Source of the DNA: Promethearchaeota archaeon
Lineage (GTDB): Archaea > Asgardarchaeota > Hermodarchaeia > Hermodarchaeales > Hermodarchaeaceae
DNA: 32,000 nucleotides
Assembly: GCA_048938295.1 (NCBI GenBank)
Contig: JBHLMI010000005.1
Coordinates: 1-32,000 of the forward strand
Direction of reading: 5' to 3'
Position 1 is the first letter of the stretch, and the number at the start of each line of letters is the position of its first letter. The notes beneath the pieces were generated by a model. That model did not search any database. It saw only the letters and a program-made list of their open reading frames with translations, and was not told where the DNA came from. The position numbers were made by a program, and so were the translations under genes. Below are positions 16,810 to 26,018 of this stretch, piece by piece.

Positions 16810-18468
16810 GTGAAAACAGATTTTAATCTTGACCAACTGCTTGCGAACGGTGAAACTCGAAACACCGAATTTAAGCGCATCCTAACTTCAAAAGATGGAG
16901 TGGGAGACCGGCGAGCGAAGCTTATTGCACAATTGAAATTAATAACAAGCGAGGGCCCAGGTCAATTGGTCGTGGGAATCGAAGACATCCACGGGAAAAA
17001 TTGGGAAGTCTACGGACTTACCACTGAGGAAGTTGAAAACAGCAAGACGGTTCTCAACACGCTCTGTAAAGAAGCAGGTATTGACATTCTGGAACAAACC
17101 CACTATAGCACAGACAAAGGGATTGTGGCCAGTTTCACTGTAGCCCGAGTTATCACCCCCATGGTTCCTGAAACCATTGGTATGAACCTAGTGGGTCGCG
17201 TCAATAGTGGAAAGACGACCCTTGCAGGAGTGCTCATTCAAGGCCAGCTAGATAACGGAAGTGGGCAAGCAAGAGCTTTACTTTTGACTTATCCTCAAGA
17301 ACTAAAACGTGGTCAGACCGCTGACTTACATGTCGCTTTTGCCGCTATTAACAAGCAGGGCAAATTTCTGGCAATGCAAGCACCGCTAGACAAATCAAAA
17401 CGGGCACGAATCCTTGATCAGGCCCATCGAATCATCACCTTCTTTGATGCTCCTGGCCACAAAGAATACGCCAAGACGATGATTCGGAGCGTCCTGGGAG
17501 CCTCTGCCCAATACAGCATGATTCTCGTGCCCTGCTTGGATGAATATAAACTCGCAGTAGCTGAAGTACAACGGAGCGGAATCCGACGCCTCGATGACAT
17601 TACTCGCGAACATCTATTACTGGTTTCCAATCAAGAACTCCCGTTTGTGGTTGTCATCAATAAAGTCGACGATTGTGATGAGCATCGACGAGACCATGTT
17701 CGAACCCTCGTTTTCGAAACCATCAAGGAAATCGGACACGTACCACTTCGCATTACCTCCAAAGACGATATTCCTATCATTTGCCGAGAAATCGCTCACC
17801 GAGTCATTGTCCCAGTATATGAAGTCAGTTGTGTCACCGGGGAAGGATTAGAACTCCTTCGAGAAACACTTGTTCAACTTCCCTCGCGAATACCTGATGA
17901 AAGGATAGAAAAACCTGCGTTCGCATATATCGACAAGGTATACCGGGGGATACGGGGAACCAACATCGTCATCACTGGTACAGTTCAAGAAGGGATATTC
18001 AAACCAGGCCAATCCATCCTTACTGGTCCTGATAAAGACGGCAGATTCATGCAGGGGAGAATAGGATCAATTGAAGTCTTTAAAAAACGGGTGGAACGTG
18101 TGAAGGCAGGAGATGTCTTTGGGTTTGATTTAAAACGCCTCCCACCCGAAAAGATTCGAAGAGGCCAGATAATTTGCGACAAAGATGCAAACGTAAACGC
18201 CGTCAGCACCTTCGAATCTACCATTATTGTGACACGCCACCCCACTCGAATTCGCCAAGGATATGAACCGGTGTTCCATAGTGCGACTATCCAACAGCCG
18301 GTAATTTATGAACATATCTTTGGAAAGGAGTACCTTGTTGTCGGCGATGTGGCCCGCGTTCGCATGGTATTCAAAAAAGGTCCTGAAATGCTTCGTGTAG
18401 GAGATCGAATTGTTACACGAGAGGCTAACACCCGTTGCATCGGTACAGTCACAAAACTTGAACGTTAA
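16810..18468 (+). CDS. GTPBP1/2-like translational GTPase with an N-terminal 'E..EFK' (AlbA/Schlafen-like) domain
   Basis: GETRNTEFK N-domain; G1 GRVNSGKTT, G2 RGQT, G3 DAPGH, G4 NKVD, G5 VSCVTG; EF-Tu-like domains II and III at the C-terminus. Confidence 0.88.
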   Translation: MKTDFNLDQLLANGETRNTEFKRILTSKDGVGDRRAKLIAQLKLITSEGPGQLVVGIEDIHGKNWEVYGLTTEEVENSKTVLNTLCKEAGIDILEQTHYSTDKGIVASFTVARVITPMVPETIGMNLVGRVNSGKTTLAGVLIQGQLDNGSGQARALLLTYPQELKRGQTADLHVAFAAINKQGKFLAMQAPLDKSKRARILDQAHRIITFFDAPGHKEYAKTMIRSVLGASAQYSMILVPCLDEYKLAVAEVQRSGIRRLDDITREHLLLVSNQELPFVVVINKVDDCDEHRRDHVRTLVFETIKEIGHVPLRITSKDDIPIICREIAHRVIVPVYEVSCVTGEGLELLRETLVQLPSRIPDERIEKPAFAYIDKVYRGIRGTNIVITGTVQEGIFKPGQSILTGPDKDGRFMQGRIGSIEVFKKRVERVKAGDVFGFDLKRLPPEKIRRGQIICDKDANVNAVSTFESTIIVTRHPTRIRQGYEPVFHSATIQQPVIYEHIFGKEYLVVGDVARVRMVFKKGPEMLRVGDRIVTREANTRCIGTVTKLER

Positions 18469-18487
18469 TCCAAAAAAGAGCCACTGG

Positions 18488-19105
18488 TTACAACTCAGCA
18501 AAGGCACGAGCTAATTGCGTGATTTTGAAATGAAGTTCATCTACTGACGAGACGGTGGCAAGTGTATTCGCATCAAATGCCAATAGATAATGTTGCGATA
18601 CGGAGTCCAACTGGGAAGGAGATGCCTGGGGAAATGTAGCTCGTAATACAACAAGCCCGTACTCACCAGAACCAGTTGTTTTCGGTAAGAGTTTTGTCAC
18701 TAGGAGACCTTTGGAGTTAATCTGTGTAATGTATTGCCGACGTAAGCGCAGCTTAGTGGTTGAGCCGATACGGTGTAATTCCAGTTGGATTGTTTGATCG
18801 ACTTGTGAAGGAATCCAAATAGCAAAGTAGATTGTTACACTAATTGTGAGAATGAGGGCAATTGTGGTAGCTGCGGTCGCTGTCCAGATGAGAGGATGCT
18901 GTGTAGCTAGCATGAACCATTCCCACCAAGTCTGTTCGGGAGTTGGAGTCCATGGCGGTCCTAAAGCGGGAAGTATGAACAGGCGTGTTGTTAAGATACT
19001 AGCGCAGGTAATGCTGATTATCCATAAGATACCCAAAAAGATCCATTCGATGATGTATTGCTCTCTCACCATTCCGGTGAGTACCTGTTCACTCCTCTCG
19101 TTCAA
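18488..19105 (-). CDS. Hypothetical membrane protein (two N-terminal TM helices plus a soluble beta-rich domain)
   Basis: Hydrophobic segments at about aa 17-45 and 72-97. Overlaps the upstream wHTH gene by 17 nt. The true start may be 19072. Confidence 0.65.
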   Translation of the reverse strand: MNERSEQVLTGMVREQYIIEWIFLGILWIISITCASILTTRLFILPALGPPWTPTPEQTWWEWFMLATQHPLIWTATAATTIALILTISVTIYFAIWIPSQVDQTIQLELHRIGSTTKLRLRRQYITQINSKGLLVTKLLPKTTGSGEYGLVVLRATFPQASPSQLDSVSQHYLLAFDANTLATVSSVDELHFKITQLARAFAEL

Positions 19106-19487
19106 CGGCTGTTCCGTCCTCCAATGCTTTAGTATATAATGTCATAGTCTCCTTCCCATGCGCCTCAATGAGTTCAAGTAGGTAGGCAATTAAGGGGTGG
19201 AGATGGTTGACCCGTATCGAATGCAATCGTGGTGTTAATCGATCTACCAGAATAAGCTCTTCTTGCTCAAGGCGTTCAAGTGGTCCACGGTACAAGGACT
19301 TCGCCTTCCCACTGTAACCAATCAATGTGATGAGCTGTGTACCCGACGCAGCTCGTGGATAGATGTGGGCCAGTGAAACGAGAATACGTCGCTGGATTTC
19401 ACTGAGCGAAAGAAGGGACATTATCAAATCGTAGGTATCTTTTCCACGGTTGTCAGACACGCCAAACCCAGCCAGTGAGAGGTTCAC
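19089..19487 (-). CDS. Winged-helix (ArsR/MarR-like) putative regulator
   Basis: LSEIQRRILVSL...SGTQLITLIG...LYRGPLERLEQEELILVD shows the wHTH pattern. The start may be 19421. Confidence 0.65.
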   Translation of the reverse strand: MNLSLAGFGVSDNRGKDTYDLIMSLLSLSEIQRRILVSLAHIYPRAASGTQLITLIGYSGKAKSLYRGPLERLEQEELILVDRLTPRLHSIRVNHLHPLIAYLLELIEAHGKETMTLYTKALEDGTAVEREE

Positions 19488-19721
19488 AAATAACGCATGA
19501 ATTTAAATGCCACGTCTAGGACTCACTCCTGCTTCTTATGAGTTTTTATCCACGCCAACGATTGCACACTAATGATTCCCCCAAAGCCCTGCAGTAAGCG
19601 TTTAATTCCATAAATTGAAAGCTGAATAATCTTATGTACGTATTTGTATCGCAAAGTATATATTTAAGAGAGTAAAATAAATGTCCTCCGTCTTGCTGGA
19701 GAATTCTGGACGGTAAAAATC

Positions 19722-19961
19722 ATGACCCCCATCACAGAGAAAGTTTTGCGTCATCGAACACGTCGTCAAATACTTCAAACCCTTAATGGGCAACGAACAT
19801 TTTTGCGAGACATCGCACGGGCTTTAGATATTCCCCCCAGCACGGCCGCTTATCATCTGAAACGGTTGCTTTCGGCTGGGCTCGTCGAGCAACGTCGAGG
19901 AGTATACCATTCCTTCTATTTCCTGACGGAGCACGGCGAACGTATAGCAGCAGAATTCTAA
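19722..19961 (+). CDS. Small ArsR-family winged-helix regulator
   Basis: HRTRRQILQTL...FLRDIARALDIPPSTAAYHLKRLLSAGLVE...YFLTEHG is a classic ArsR HTH. Confidence 0.85.
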   Translation: MTPITEKVLRHRTRRQILQTLNGQRTFLRDIARALDIPPSTAAYHLKRLLSAGLVEQRRGVYHSFYFLTEHGERIAAEF

Positions 19962-20046
19962 AACAAGTAGCCTCGCACTCGCATTTGAAAATCGGCTGCA
20001 ACAACAGCTGTAAAACAGATGAGAAAAGGGAGATTTATCGTATCAT

Positions 20047-20433
20047 TTACAAAAGTAAAGATTGGGCTTTGGCTGTTGTCGTCCAGGTTGGTTGGTCATG
20101 AATTTCCGCTTTTTTGAGTAGTCCCTTGGCTTCAAGCTCCCCCAAGATTAAGTGCAATTCATCCTCTTTCATCGGATCCTTCCCAATGGGAACCCGTGTG
20201 CTATTAACACCTTGATAAATACTGATGAATGACTGATGACCCCGTTGGCAGATGTAGAGAACCGCATGCTGATCTGCTGAAAGCTTTGCTTCCTCGCCTT
20301 CGACTTCGGCTTCTGCGGCGGCTACTTGCTCTACCATTTCTTGTGACAATGAGACATCTTGGTGTTTCATGGCAACATGTTTTAGCTGAATCTTTCGTTT
20401 CACTTTATTCTCATTAGTAATCAATCTTGACAC
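20047..20433 (-). CDS. Hypothetical protein with a probable C-terminal winged-helix domain
   Basis: LSADQHAVLYI...LHLILGELEAKGLL...WTTTAKA fits a wHTH ending. Confidence 0.55.
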   Translation of the reverse strand: MSRLITNENKVKRKIQLKHVAMKHQDVSLSQEMVEQVAAAEAEVEGEEAKLSADQHAVLYICQRGHQSFISIYQGVNSTRVPIGKDPMKEDELHLILGELEAKGLLKKAEIHDQPTWTTTAKAQSLLL

Positions 20434-20523
20434 CTATGTACTTGTGGAAGAAGATTGCAAACACTCCTGTTCAAGGCTAGAGTCGCCAAAAAAGGTTTCT
20501 TTAAATTGTGAAAAAAGGCTAAC

Positions 20524-21039
20524 TTAGTAAACGAGGACTTCCTTGGCAATTGCATCTGCAGCAAGACTCCGTCGGAAGCGAACACGGAGTACGCCATTTC
20601 GTCCGTGAGCAGAGACAATACGTCCTTGGTTGCTTTTGTTAGGGCTGAAGTGTAAAATTACAGATCGTCCGATGTATGTTGCAGCCTGAGTCAATGAGGT
20701 GACACCTTCTAGTTGGATCAATCCGTATTGCGTACGCTGGGTCACCGTGCCCCGCTGATAATTCATTAGAACACCTTTTACTGGTTTTTCAAGAGGTAAT
20801 CTACGAGGTTTCTTGGACTTGGCTTCAACTTTTGGTTGGGTTTTCCGTTTTTTCGTTGTTTTTTTCGCTGGCTGAGAAGCTGGCTTTTTCTCCTTGGCAG
20901 TCCTCTTCGTTGTCTTCTTTGGCGCTTTCGTGGTCGTAGTAGTCCTTTTACTGGACTTTGCTTTGGTTTTAGTAGTCTCTTTTGACTTGGACGCTCTTTG
21001 CTTTGATTTCGATTTTGTTTTCGCCGGTTTCACTGACAT
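20524..21039 (-). CDS. rpl35ae: 50S ribosomal protein L35Ae with a long Lys-rich N-terminal extension
   Basis: The C-terminal about 88 aa (KGVLMNYQRG...IGRSV...GRIVSAHGRNGVLRVRF...AIAKEV) match L35Ae. About 85 aa of K/T/S/A/P-rich sequence precedes it. ATG 21039 (GTG 21048 is the alternative). Confidence 0.9.
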   Translation of the reverse strand: MSVKPAKTKSKSKQRASKSKETTKTKAKSSKRTTTTTKAPKKTTKRTAKEKKPASQPAKKTTKKRKTQPKVEAKSKKPRRLPLEKPVKGVLMNYQRGTVTQRTQYGLIQLEGVTSLTQAATYIGRSVILHFSPNKSNQGRIVSAHGRNGVLRVRFRRSLAADAIAKEVLVY

Positions 21040-21205
21040 AGCGGCCACCGAGTCTTAAGGTGGACAAGGAGACTTCAGAGAGGTTAATAAAAGTATTGGC
21101 AGACCGGTAAACCAATTAAAAGAAGCAATGCAGATTCGTTGTTCAGGCAGATGAGTTTTATTACATCGGGAAACACTAAAAGCTTCAAGATGAGGGAAAA
21201 AAAGT

Positions 21206-21595
21206 ATGCAATCGCCTTCTGACATCTCTGCAATGTCAAAAATTGAAGAGTATTTATCAGATACAGTGAGCCGAGAGCCTTCAATTTACAGTGCTGCAAT
21301 TATGACGGCTGATGGATTACCACTCATGGTTCTCATGGGTAAAGGTGAAGTTGAAAAGTTGGAGCTAGCAGCAGCGATTGCTTCTTTAGGTGCTTTATCT
21401 GAACAGACTGCAAACCGGTTGAAGATTGGAAAATACAAAGATCTAATGCTTCGCTGTGGTCGTGGCCATTTGCTAGTCCGCCGAGTCAGCGAAGCAAATG
21501 TATTGGCTATTTTAGCGGACCAGAACGCCCCTTTGGGGGCTATTAGCTTGATTATGGATTCTATGGCTAAACGGTTACAACGAATGCTAAAATGA
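21206..21595 (+). CDS. Roadblock/LC7 domain protein
   Basis: IYSAAIMTADGLPL...LAAAIASLGALSEQTANRL...LMLRCGRGHLLV...VLAILA...LGAI matches Robl_LC7. The start may be 21233. Confidence 0.9.
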   Translation: MQSPSDISAMSKIEEYLSDTVSREPSIYSAAIMTADGLPLMVLMGKGEVEKLELAAAIASLGALSEQTANRLKIGKYKDLMLRCGRGHLLVRRVSEANVLAILADQNAPLGAISLIMDSMAKRLQRMLK

Positions 21596-21620
21596 TACAT
21601 ATCTGTTGTTGCAGGATTGG

Positions 21621-22568
21621 TCATTGGGAGTTAGGGTTTTTTGCAGCTAGCAACTTCAAGTACTGTTCCACCCTAGCATGGCTTCTTGCTTGTCGTTGAG
21701 TTAATTCGGGATTTTGGTCAAGCCAATACTCAGTGGCTAGTTTAGTTAAAACCCGATGAGAACCGGATCCATATTGCATCGCGCGTTTTGGGGCATTTGT
21801 AACCTGGGAAGGAAGACCAAGATTTTCAGCAAGCAGTCGGAGAACTCGTTTTCGGATTATTGTATCAGCATTTCGCTGAAGCTTACACGAAAAGGGTAGG
21901 GTTGAAGAAAAATCGATGATGGACGGTTCAAGAAAAGGAGTTACAAGGCGTAAACTGAATTGGGAGACAATTCTTTGAAGAAACGGGAGCGTAGTTTTTT
22001 TAAGGTTATTCAGGTCGGATTCCATTTGAGCAAGTACGGCTTCAGGCATGGACTGTAGCAAGAGTTTCTCATATTTTGCATAGCCACTAAATAGTTCGTC
22101 AGCCCCTTGACCACAGATAAGAATTGTTACACCAAATTGCTTCGCGCACTGCACTGCGAAGAAAAATGGAATTGCCAACTCGGTATGCATGACGTCTGGT
22201 GGTCCGAGTAAGGAGGTAATGGCTGGTAGTGCCTCCTTAACGTCCTCTTCCGTGAATATTCGTAGGGTGAGAGAAAGGTTCAACGCTTCTGCAGCTTCGC
22301 TTGCCAAATCAAGATCCTTAGCAAATTCGATGCCGGCGACGAAGAGTTGAAGGGGGTCTGTGTGGGTCTTCGATAGGATCGCTGTTATGATACTGCTGTC
22401 GAGCCCACCTGAGAATAGAACTCCTAGAGAGTCAGAAGGGGCAAAGCAATTGGAGACTGCACTAACTAAAAGTGTGTATAGTCTTTGACTATACTGAGCA
22501 CAGAGGTCGTCATCCATAGAAAACACGCCTAACGGTTGGATACAGGTCATCGGCAGGTTTATGTGCAT
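21621..22568 (-). CDS. Asparagine-synthase C-terminal (ATP pyrophosphatase) domain protein lacking the glutaminase domain
   Basis: LFSGGLDSS PP-loop, CGQGADELFSGY, PFLEP, KRVLR and PKRAMQYGSG. No N-terminal Cys-initiated Ntn domain. Confidence 0.85.
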   Translation of the reverse strand: MHINLPMTCIQPLGVFSMDDDLCAQYSQRLYTLLVSAVSNCFAPSDSLGVLFSGGLDSSIITAILSKTHTDPLQLFVAGIEFAKDLDLASEAAEALNLSLTLRIFTEEDVKEALPAITSLLGPPDVMHTELAIPFFFAVQCAKQFGVTILICGQGADELFSGYAKYEKLLLQSMPEAVLAQMESDLNNLKKTTLPFLQRIVSQFSLRLVTPFLEPSIIDFSSTLPFSCKLQRNADTIIRKRVLRLLAENLGLPSQVTNAPKRAMQYGSGSHRVLTKLATEYWLDQNPELTQRQARSHARVEQYLKLLAAKNPNSQ

Positions 22569-22968
22569 CGATGGGCTGAAAAAATGTTGGTCGCTTATCC
22601 GCGATGACAGGAAGGCATTTGAGTGACCGCACTCGCGGGATGAACTATCATAGTTACCTAGAGCGAGTAGGCGGCTGCCTGGATTATGGTCAAGCGCGCG
22701 CGAATTGGTTGGAAAATCTGATTGTGAATCTGTCCACTAAAATCACCATTACATGGGTTACTCAAAGAAGTGGGATTTTGTATTATTCAGTAATACGTTC
22801 TGTGAAAGTGCCCCCGAGAGCTCTAAGAGGATGATAAAACCCTTCGATGATAAGAATTACCCAAATCAAAAATTAACTTCACAGCTATTCGCGTATTCAA
22901 ATCACTACCGACTTAAAATAGGATTTTTATGGAAGGGAGAGAAATAGTGTAGGAGGCGGGATCTTCTA

Positions 22969-23235
22969 TTGGTTTGTGTGGTCTACTCTAGCATTGTATG
23001 CCCTCGATGTGAGATGCTCAAACAGTATCTCCAAGATCACAATATTGGGCATTCAGTGCGAATGGTAGAGGAGCCAGATGCACAAGTCGATGCACTGATG
23101 TTGAATATCTATAGTACACCCGCACTGGTCATTGGCCAAAAAGTACTTCATCAAAAGGACCTTTTTGCGAATAATCAACTCGATGAGAACACTCTCTTAG
23201 CATTTCTGAGGAGTAACGGACATGGCCCGGAGTAG
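22969..23235 (+). CDS. Glutaredoxin/NrdH-like redoxin
   Basis: VYSSIVCPRCEMLKQYL (CxxC) and STPAL (cis-Pro). AGGAGG lies 8-14 nt upstream of the TTG start. Overlaps nrdD by 14 nt. Confidence 0.85.
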   Translation: MVCVVYSSIVCPRCEMLKQYLQDHNIGHSVRMVEEPDAQVDALMLNIYSTPALVIGQKVLHQKDLFANNQLDENTLLAFLRSNGHGPE

Positions 23236-25549
23236 GAGGAAACAAAAGGACCTCACCCAACGAATAGTATCGTTGGATGGATGGATTCAGGCAGTCCGAA
23301 AAGAGGAAGCAGGTATGCCTATGGTGCGTACCAGTGATTCCTTGATTCGAAGCTGGAACCGTCAAAAAATTGTTGAGGCCCTTGTCCGGGAAACGATGTT
23401 GGTTCAGGAACTTTTCAATATTCCTTCTATCACTGAGGAGGAAGCGCGGACAATTGCTGGTAAGGTTGAACAACGAATCCAGCAAATGCAACTTCCCTTC
23501 GTGAGCGCCCCCTTGATTCGTGAAATCCAAAACCAGGTTCTCCTTGAGAAAGCGAAACAGGATCCCAGATTCGCAGTATATCGAAATGCCTTGACTCGTG
23601 TTGGTGTTCCCATGTGGGACTTTAGTCACATCATCGGCGGAAATGGCTATGAAGCTCAAGAAAACGCCAACATGCAACCTAACCCAGAAACCATCCATAA
23701 AAAAGTTGCAGATCGGCTTTGTAAAGAAGCTTATCTTTTGATGCTTCCACCGGAGATTGCAGACGCCCACCTGGCGGGAGATATTCACATACATGACCTT
23801 GAATACTTTGGAACCCGACCTTTCTGTGCTGATTACGATGCACGATATTTCTTCAAATATGGGTTGATGTGTGATGGACTCGGTGAAAGGACAGCAGTTG
23901 CGAAACCAGCCACGTACCCCACGGTGGCTATCTTGCACCTCATCAAAGTCTTGGCAGCTGGTCAAACCAACAGTGCCGGAGGTCAAGGACTCTTCAATTT
24001 TAATGTATTCTTGGCGCCTTACCTCCAAGGAAAGTCTGCTCGAGAGATTGAACAGCTTGCTCAAACAATACTCTTCGAAGCCAACGAAACCTATGTCTCT
24101 CGGGGTGGACAATTAGTTTTTTCAAGCATTCAGCTTGAGTCTGGGATTCCAAAAATTTGGCGTGAGGCACCAGTAGTATATCGCGGAAGTGTTGGCCCTG
24201 AAACGTATGGAGACTTTGAGGATGAAGCACGAACCTTCATGACCGCACTCCTCCAAACATACCTTGAAGGCGATGCATGGGGTAAAATGTTCAGCTTCCC
24301 CAAACCGGAAATCCGACTACGCAGCGAATATTTTACCAAAAATGAACATGAAGAGAATATGTACTTAGCAGCAAAGCTCTCAGCGAAGTTTGGGAGCAGC
24401 TACTTCGACAACATCATTCCGGGATACCGGGATTCGGAAGGCCAGGATTGCTATCAATGCTGTGCTTTCCGTCTTGAGGAAGATATCGGGTCAGAAGAGT
24501 TTCAGCGAAAGATTATGTTTGAAGATGGGGCACATTTCTCAATGGGCGGTTTGCAAGTTGTCACCTTGAATTTACCACGCCTTGCCTATATTGCGAAAGG
24601 CAACGATGACCTCTTGTTTGAAGCTCTTCGAAAGCAGATGACAATCGCAAAACGAGTCTTAATGATTAAACGTAAATTCGTGAAGCATCAACTTGAGAGC
24701 GGGTTGCTTCCCTTTCTAAATCAACAACCACAGAGTAATGGACACAAGGCACCACCACTTTTCGATGTTCTCTCTGCATCACCGATTTTCGGTTTTGTGG
24801 GCATCAATGAAATGGTACAATATCATACTGGATCTCAATTACATGAGAGCCAAGAAGCCTTGAGGTTTGGCTTACGTGTTATTGCTGAGATGGAACACAT
24901 CCGGAAGATGTATTCGGAAGAAACTGGATTGCCGTTCGCAGTTGCCCGGACACCCGCCGAATCTTGTTCTACTCGTCTAGCTATCATGGATCTGTTACAT
25001 TATAACGGTGAGGCAAAGTCTGTAGTCAGAGGCGACATTTCTAATTGGCGTCAGCAACTGGAAGAGGCTGGACGCACGGCAGTGCCAGCGTATTATACTA
25101 ATGGATTCATGGTCAACTATGATTCGGAGATATCACTCGCCAAAAAAATAGCGATTGAGGAGAAAGCCTTTCCACTGTTGTCAGGTGGGAATATCTTTCA
25201 CGCATTTCTTGGGGAGGCATCACCAGACCCGGAATCATTAGCGAAATTAAATCAGCGGATTGCGATGAATACTCAGTTGGGTTATTACAGCTACACCCGT
25301 GACCTATCGGTATGTAAGCGGTGCCATCATACAGCTGGTGGATTACTCGAAACCTGTCCAAATTGTGGTCATACCGACATTGACTGGTTTAGTAGAATCA
25401 CTGGATATTACCAGAACGTATCCGGATGGAATGCTGGTAAACGTGAAGAATTGAAACGTCGATACCGGGTCCTAACCGGGGCAGCATCACCACCAGCAGG
25501 TGTGCATCCACTAGCCCCTCAACAACCTCCGGTTCATCAAGTAGATTAA
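23222..25549 (+). CDS. nrdD: Anaerobic (class III) ribonucleoside-triphosphate reductase with an ATP-cone
   Basis: ATP-cone (VRTS...WNRQKIVEAL), GDIHIHDL, RPFC, finger-loop YQCC, TPAES, YYTNG, Zn site CKRC/CPNC and glycyl-radical loop SRITGYY. No intein-sized insertion. Confidence 0.96.
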   Translation: MARSRRKQKDLTQRIVSLDGWIQAVRKEEAGMPMVRTSDSLIRSWNRQKIVEALVRETMLVQELFNIPSITEEEARTIAGKVEQRIQQMQLPFVSAPLIREIQNQVLLEKAKQDPRFAVYRNALTRVGVPMWDFSHIIGGNGYEAQENANMQPNPETIHKKVADRLCKEAYLLMLPPEIADAHLAGDIHIHDLEYFGTRPFCADYDARYFFKYGLMCDGLGERTAVAKPATYPTVAILHLIKVLAAGQTNSAGGQGLFNFNVFLAPYLQGKSAREIEQLAQTILFEANETYVSRGGQLVFSSIQLESGIPKIWREAPVVYRGSVGPETYGDFEDEARTFMTALLQTYLEGDAWGKMFSFPKPEIRLRSEYFTKNEHEENMYLAAKLSAKFGSSYFDNIIPGYRDSEGQDCYQCCAFRLEEDIGSEEFQRKIMFEDGAHFSMGGLQVVTLNLPRLAYIAKGNDDLLFEALRKQMTIAKRVLMIKRKFVKHQLESGLLPFLNQQPQSNGHKAPPLFDVLSASPIFGFVGINEMVQYHTGSQLHESQEALRFGLRVIAEMEHIRKMYSEETGLPFAVARTPAESCSTRLAIMDLLHYNGEAKSVVRGDISNWRQQLEEAGRTAVPAYYTNGFMVNYDSEISLAKKIAIEEKAFPLLSGGNIFHAFLGEASPDPESLAKLNQRIAMNTQLGYYSYTRDLSVCKRCHHTAGGLLETCPNCGHTDIDWFSRITGYYQNVSGWNAGKREELKRRYRVLTGAASPPAGVHPLAPQQPPVHQVD

Positions 25550-25659
25550 ACTCATCCCACTTAATTACCTGCAAGTTATTCAACGAGAAGCTAAGTAAGA
25601 CAAATCCTTTAATTCATAAAGGCTTCACGTAAAGTGAACAAAATGATGGGGCCGCAGTA

Positions 25660-25932
25660 ATGTCGTCAGACGAAATGATATGCCAAAAGTGTGGCGGAAC
25701 AAGTTTTCGTCGCGTAACTGATGAATGGATGGTACGTTCAATCCCTTGGACCGCGGAAGGCATTATGCGCCAGTGTGAATCCTGTGGAGAGAAATACTTT
25801 GCCTGCCCTAACTGCCATAACTTACTTACACGGGTAAACATCACAAGAGTCCGGGCAATGAAAAGTACCTGTCCACATTGTGGATACCACAGCGCAACCA
25901 TTCAAAGTTGGCTACAAGAACAGGGGAAATAA
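25660..25932 (+). CDS. Small double zinc-ribbon protein
   Basis: Four CxxC pairs (CQKC, CESC, CPNC, CPHC) in 90 aa. Confidence 0.75.
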   Translation: MSSDEMICQKCGGTSFRRVTDEWMVRSIPWTAEGIMRQCESCGEKYFACPNCHNLLTRVNITRVRAMKSTCPHCGYHSATIQSWLQEQGK

Positions 25933-26018
25933 AGACTAAGGCAAGTTTGATTTATCAAAGAAACCTTAATTACTACTAGAAGGAATTCGGTCGATGTGAT
26001 TAATAGGAGAGAGATGCG

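Noticed and set aside
22604-22947. Small ORFs 22604-22834 and 22753-22947 in the asnB-like/nrdH gap
   Set aside because: No motifs, they overlap each other, and the region is better explained as regulatory or structured sequence.
23222-25549. Possible intein or intron in nrdD, a frequent host
   Set aside because: The length (775 aa) is normal, with no intein splice motifs, LAGLIDADG motif or frame break.
25946-25959. Palindrome tttgat-tt-atcaaa upstream of the PAC2 gene
   Set aside because: An AT-rich 6-bp palindrome with a single occurrence is not distinguishable from chance.
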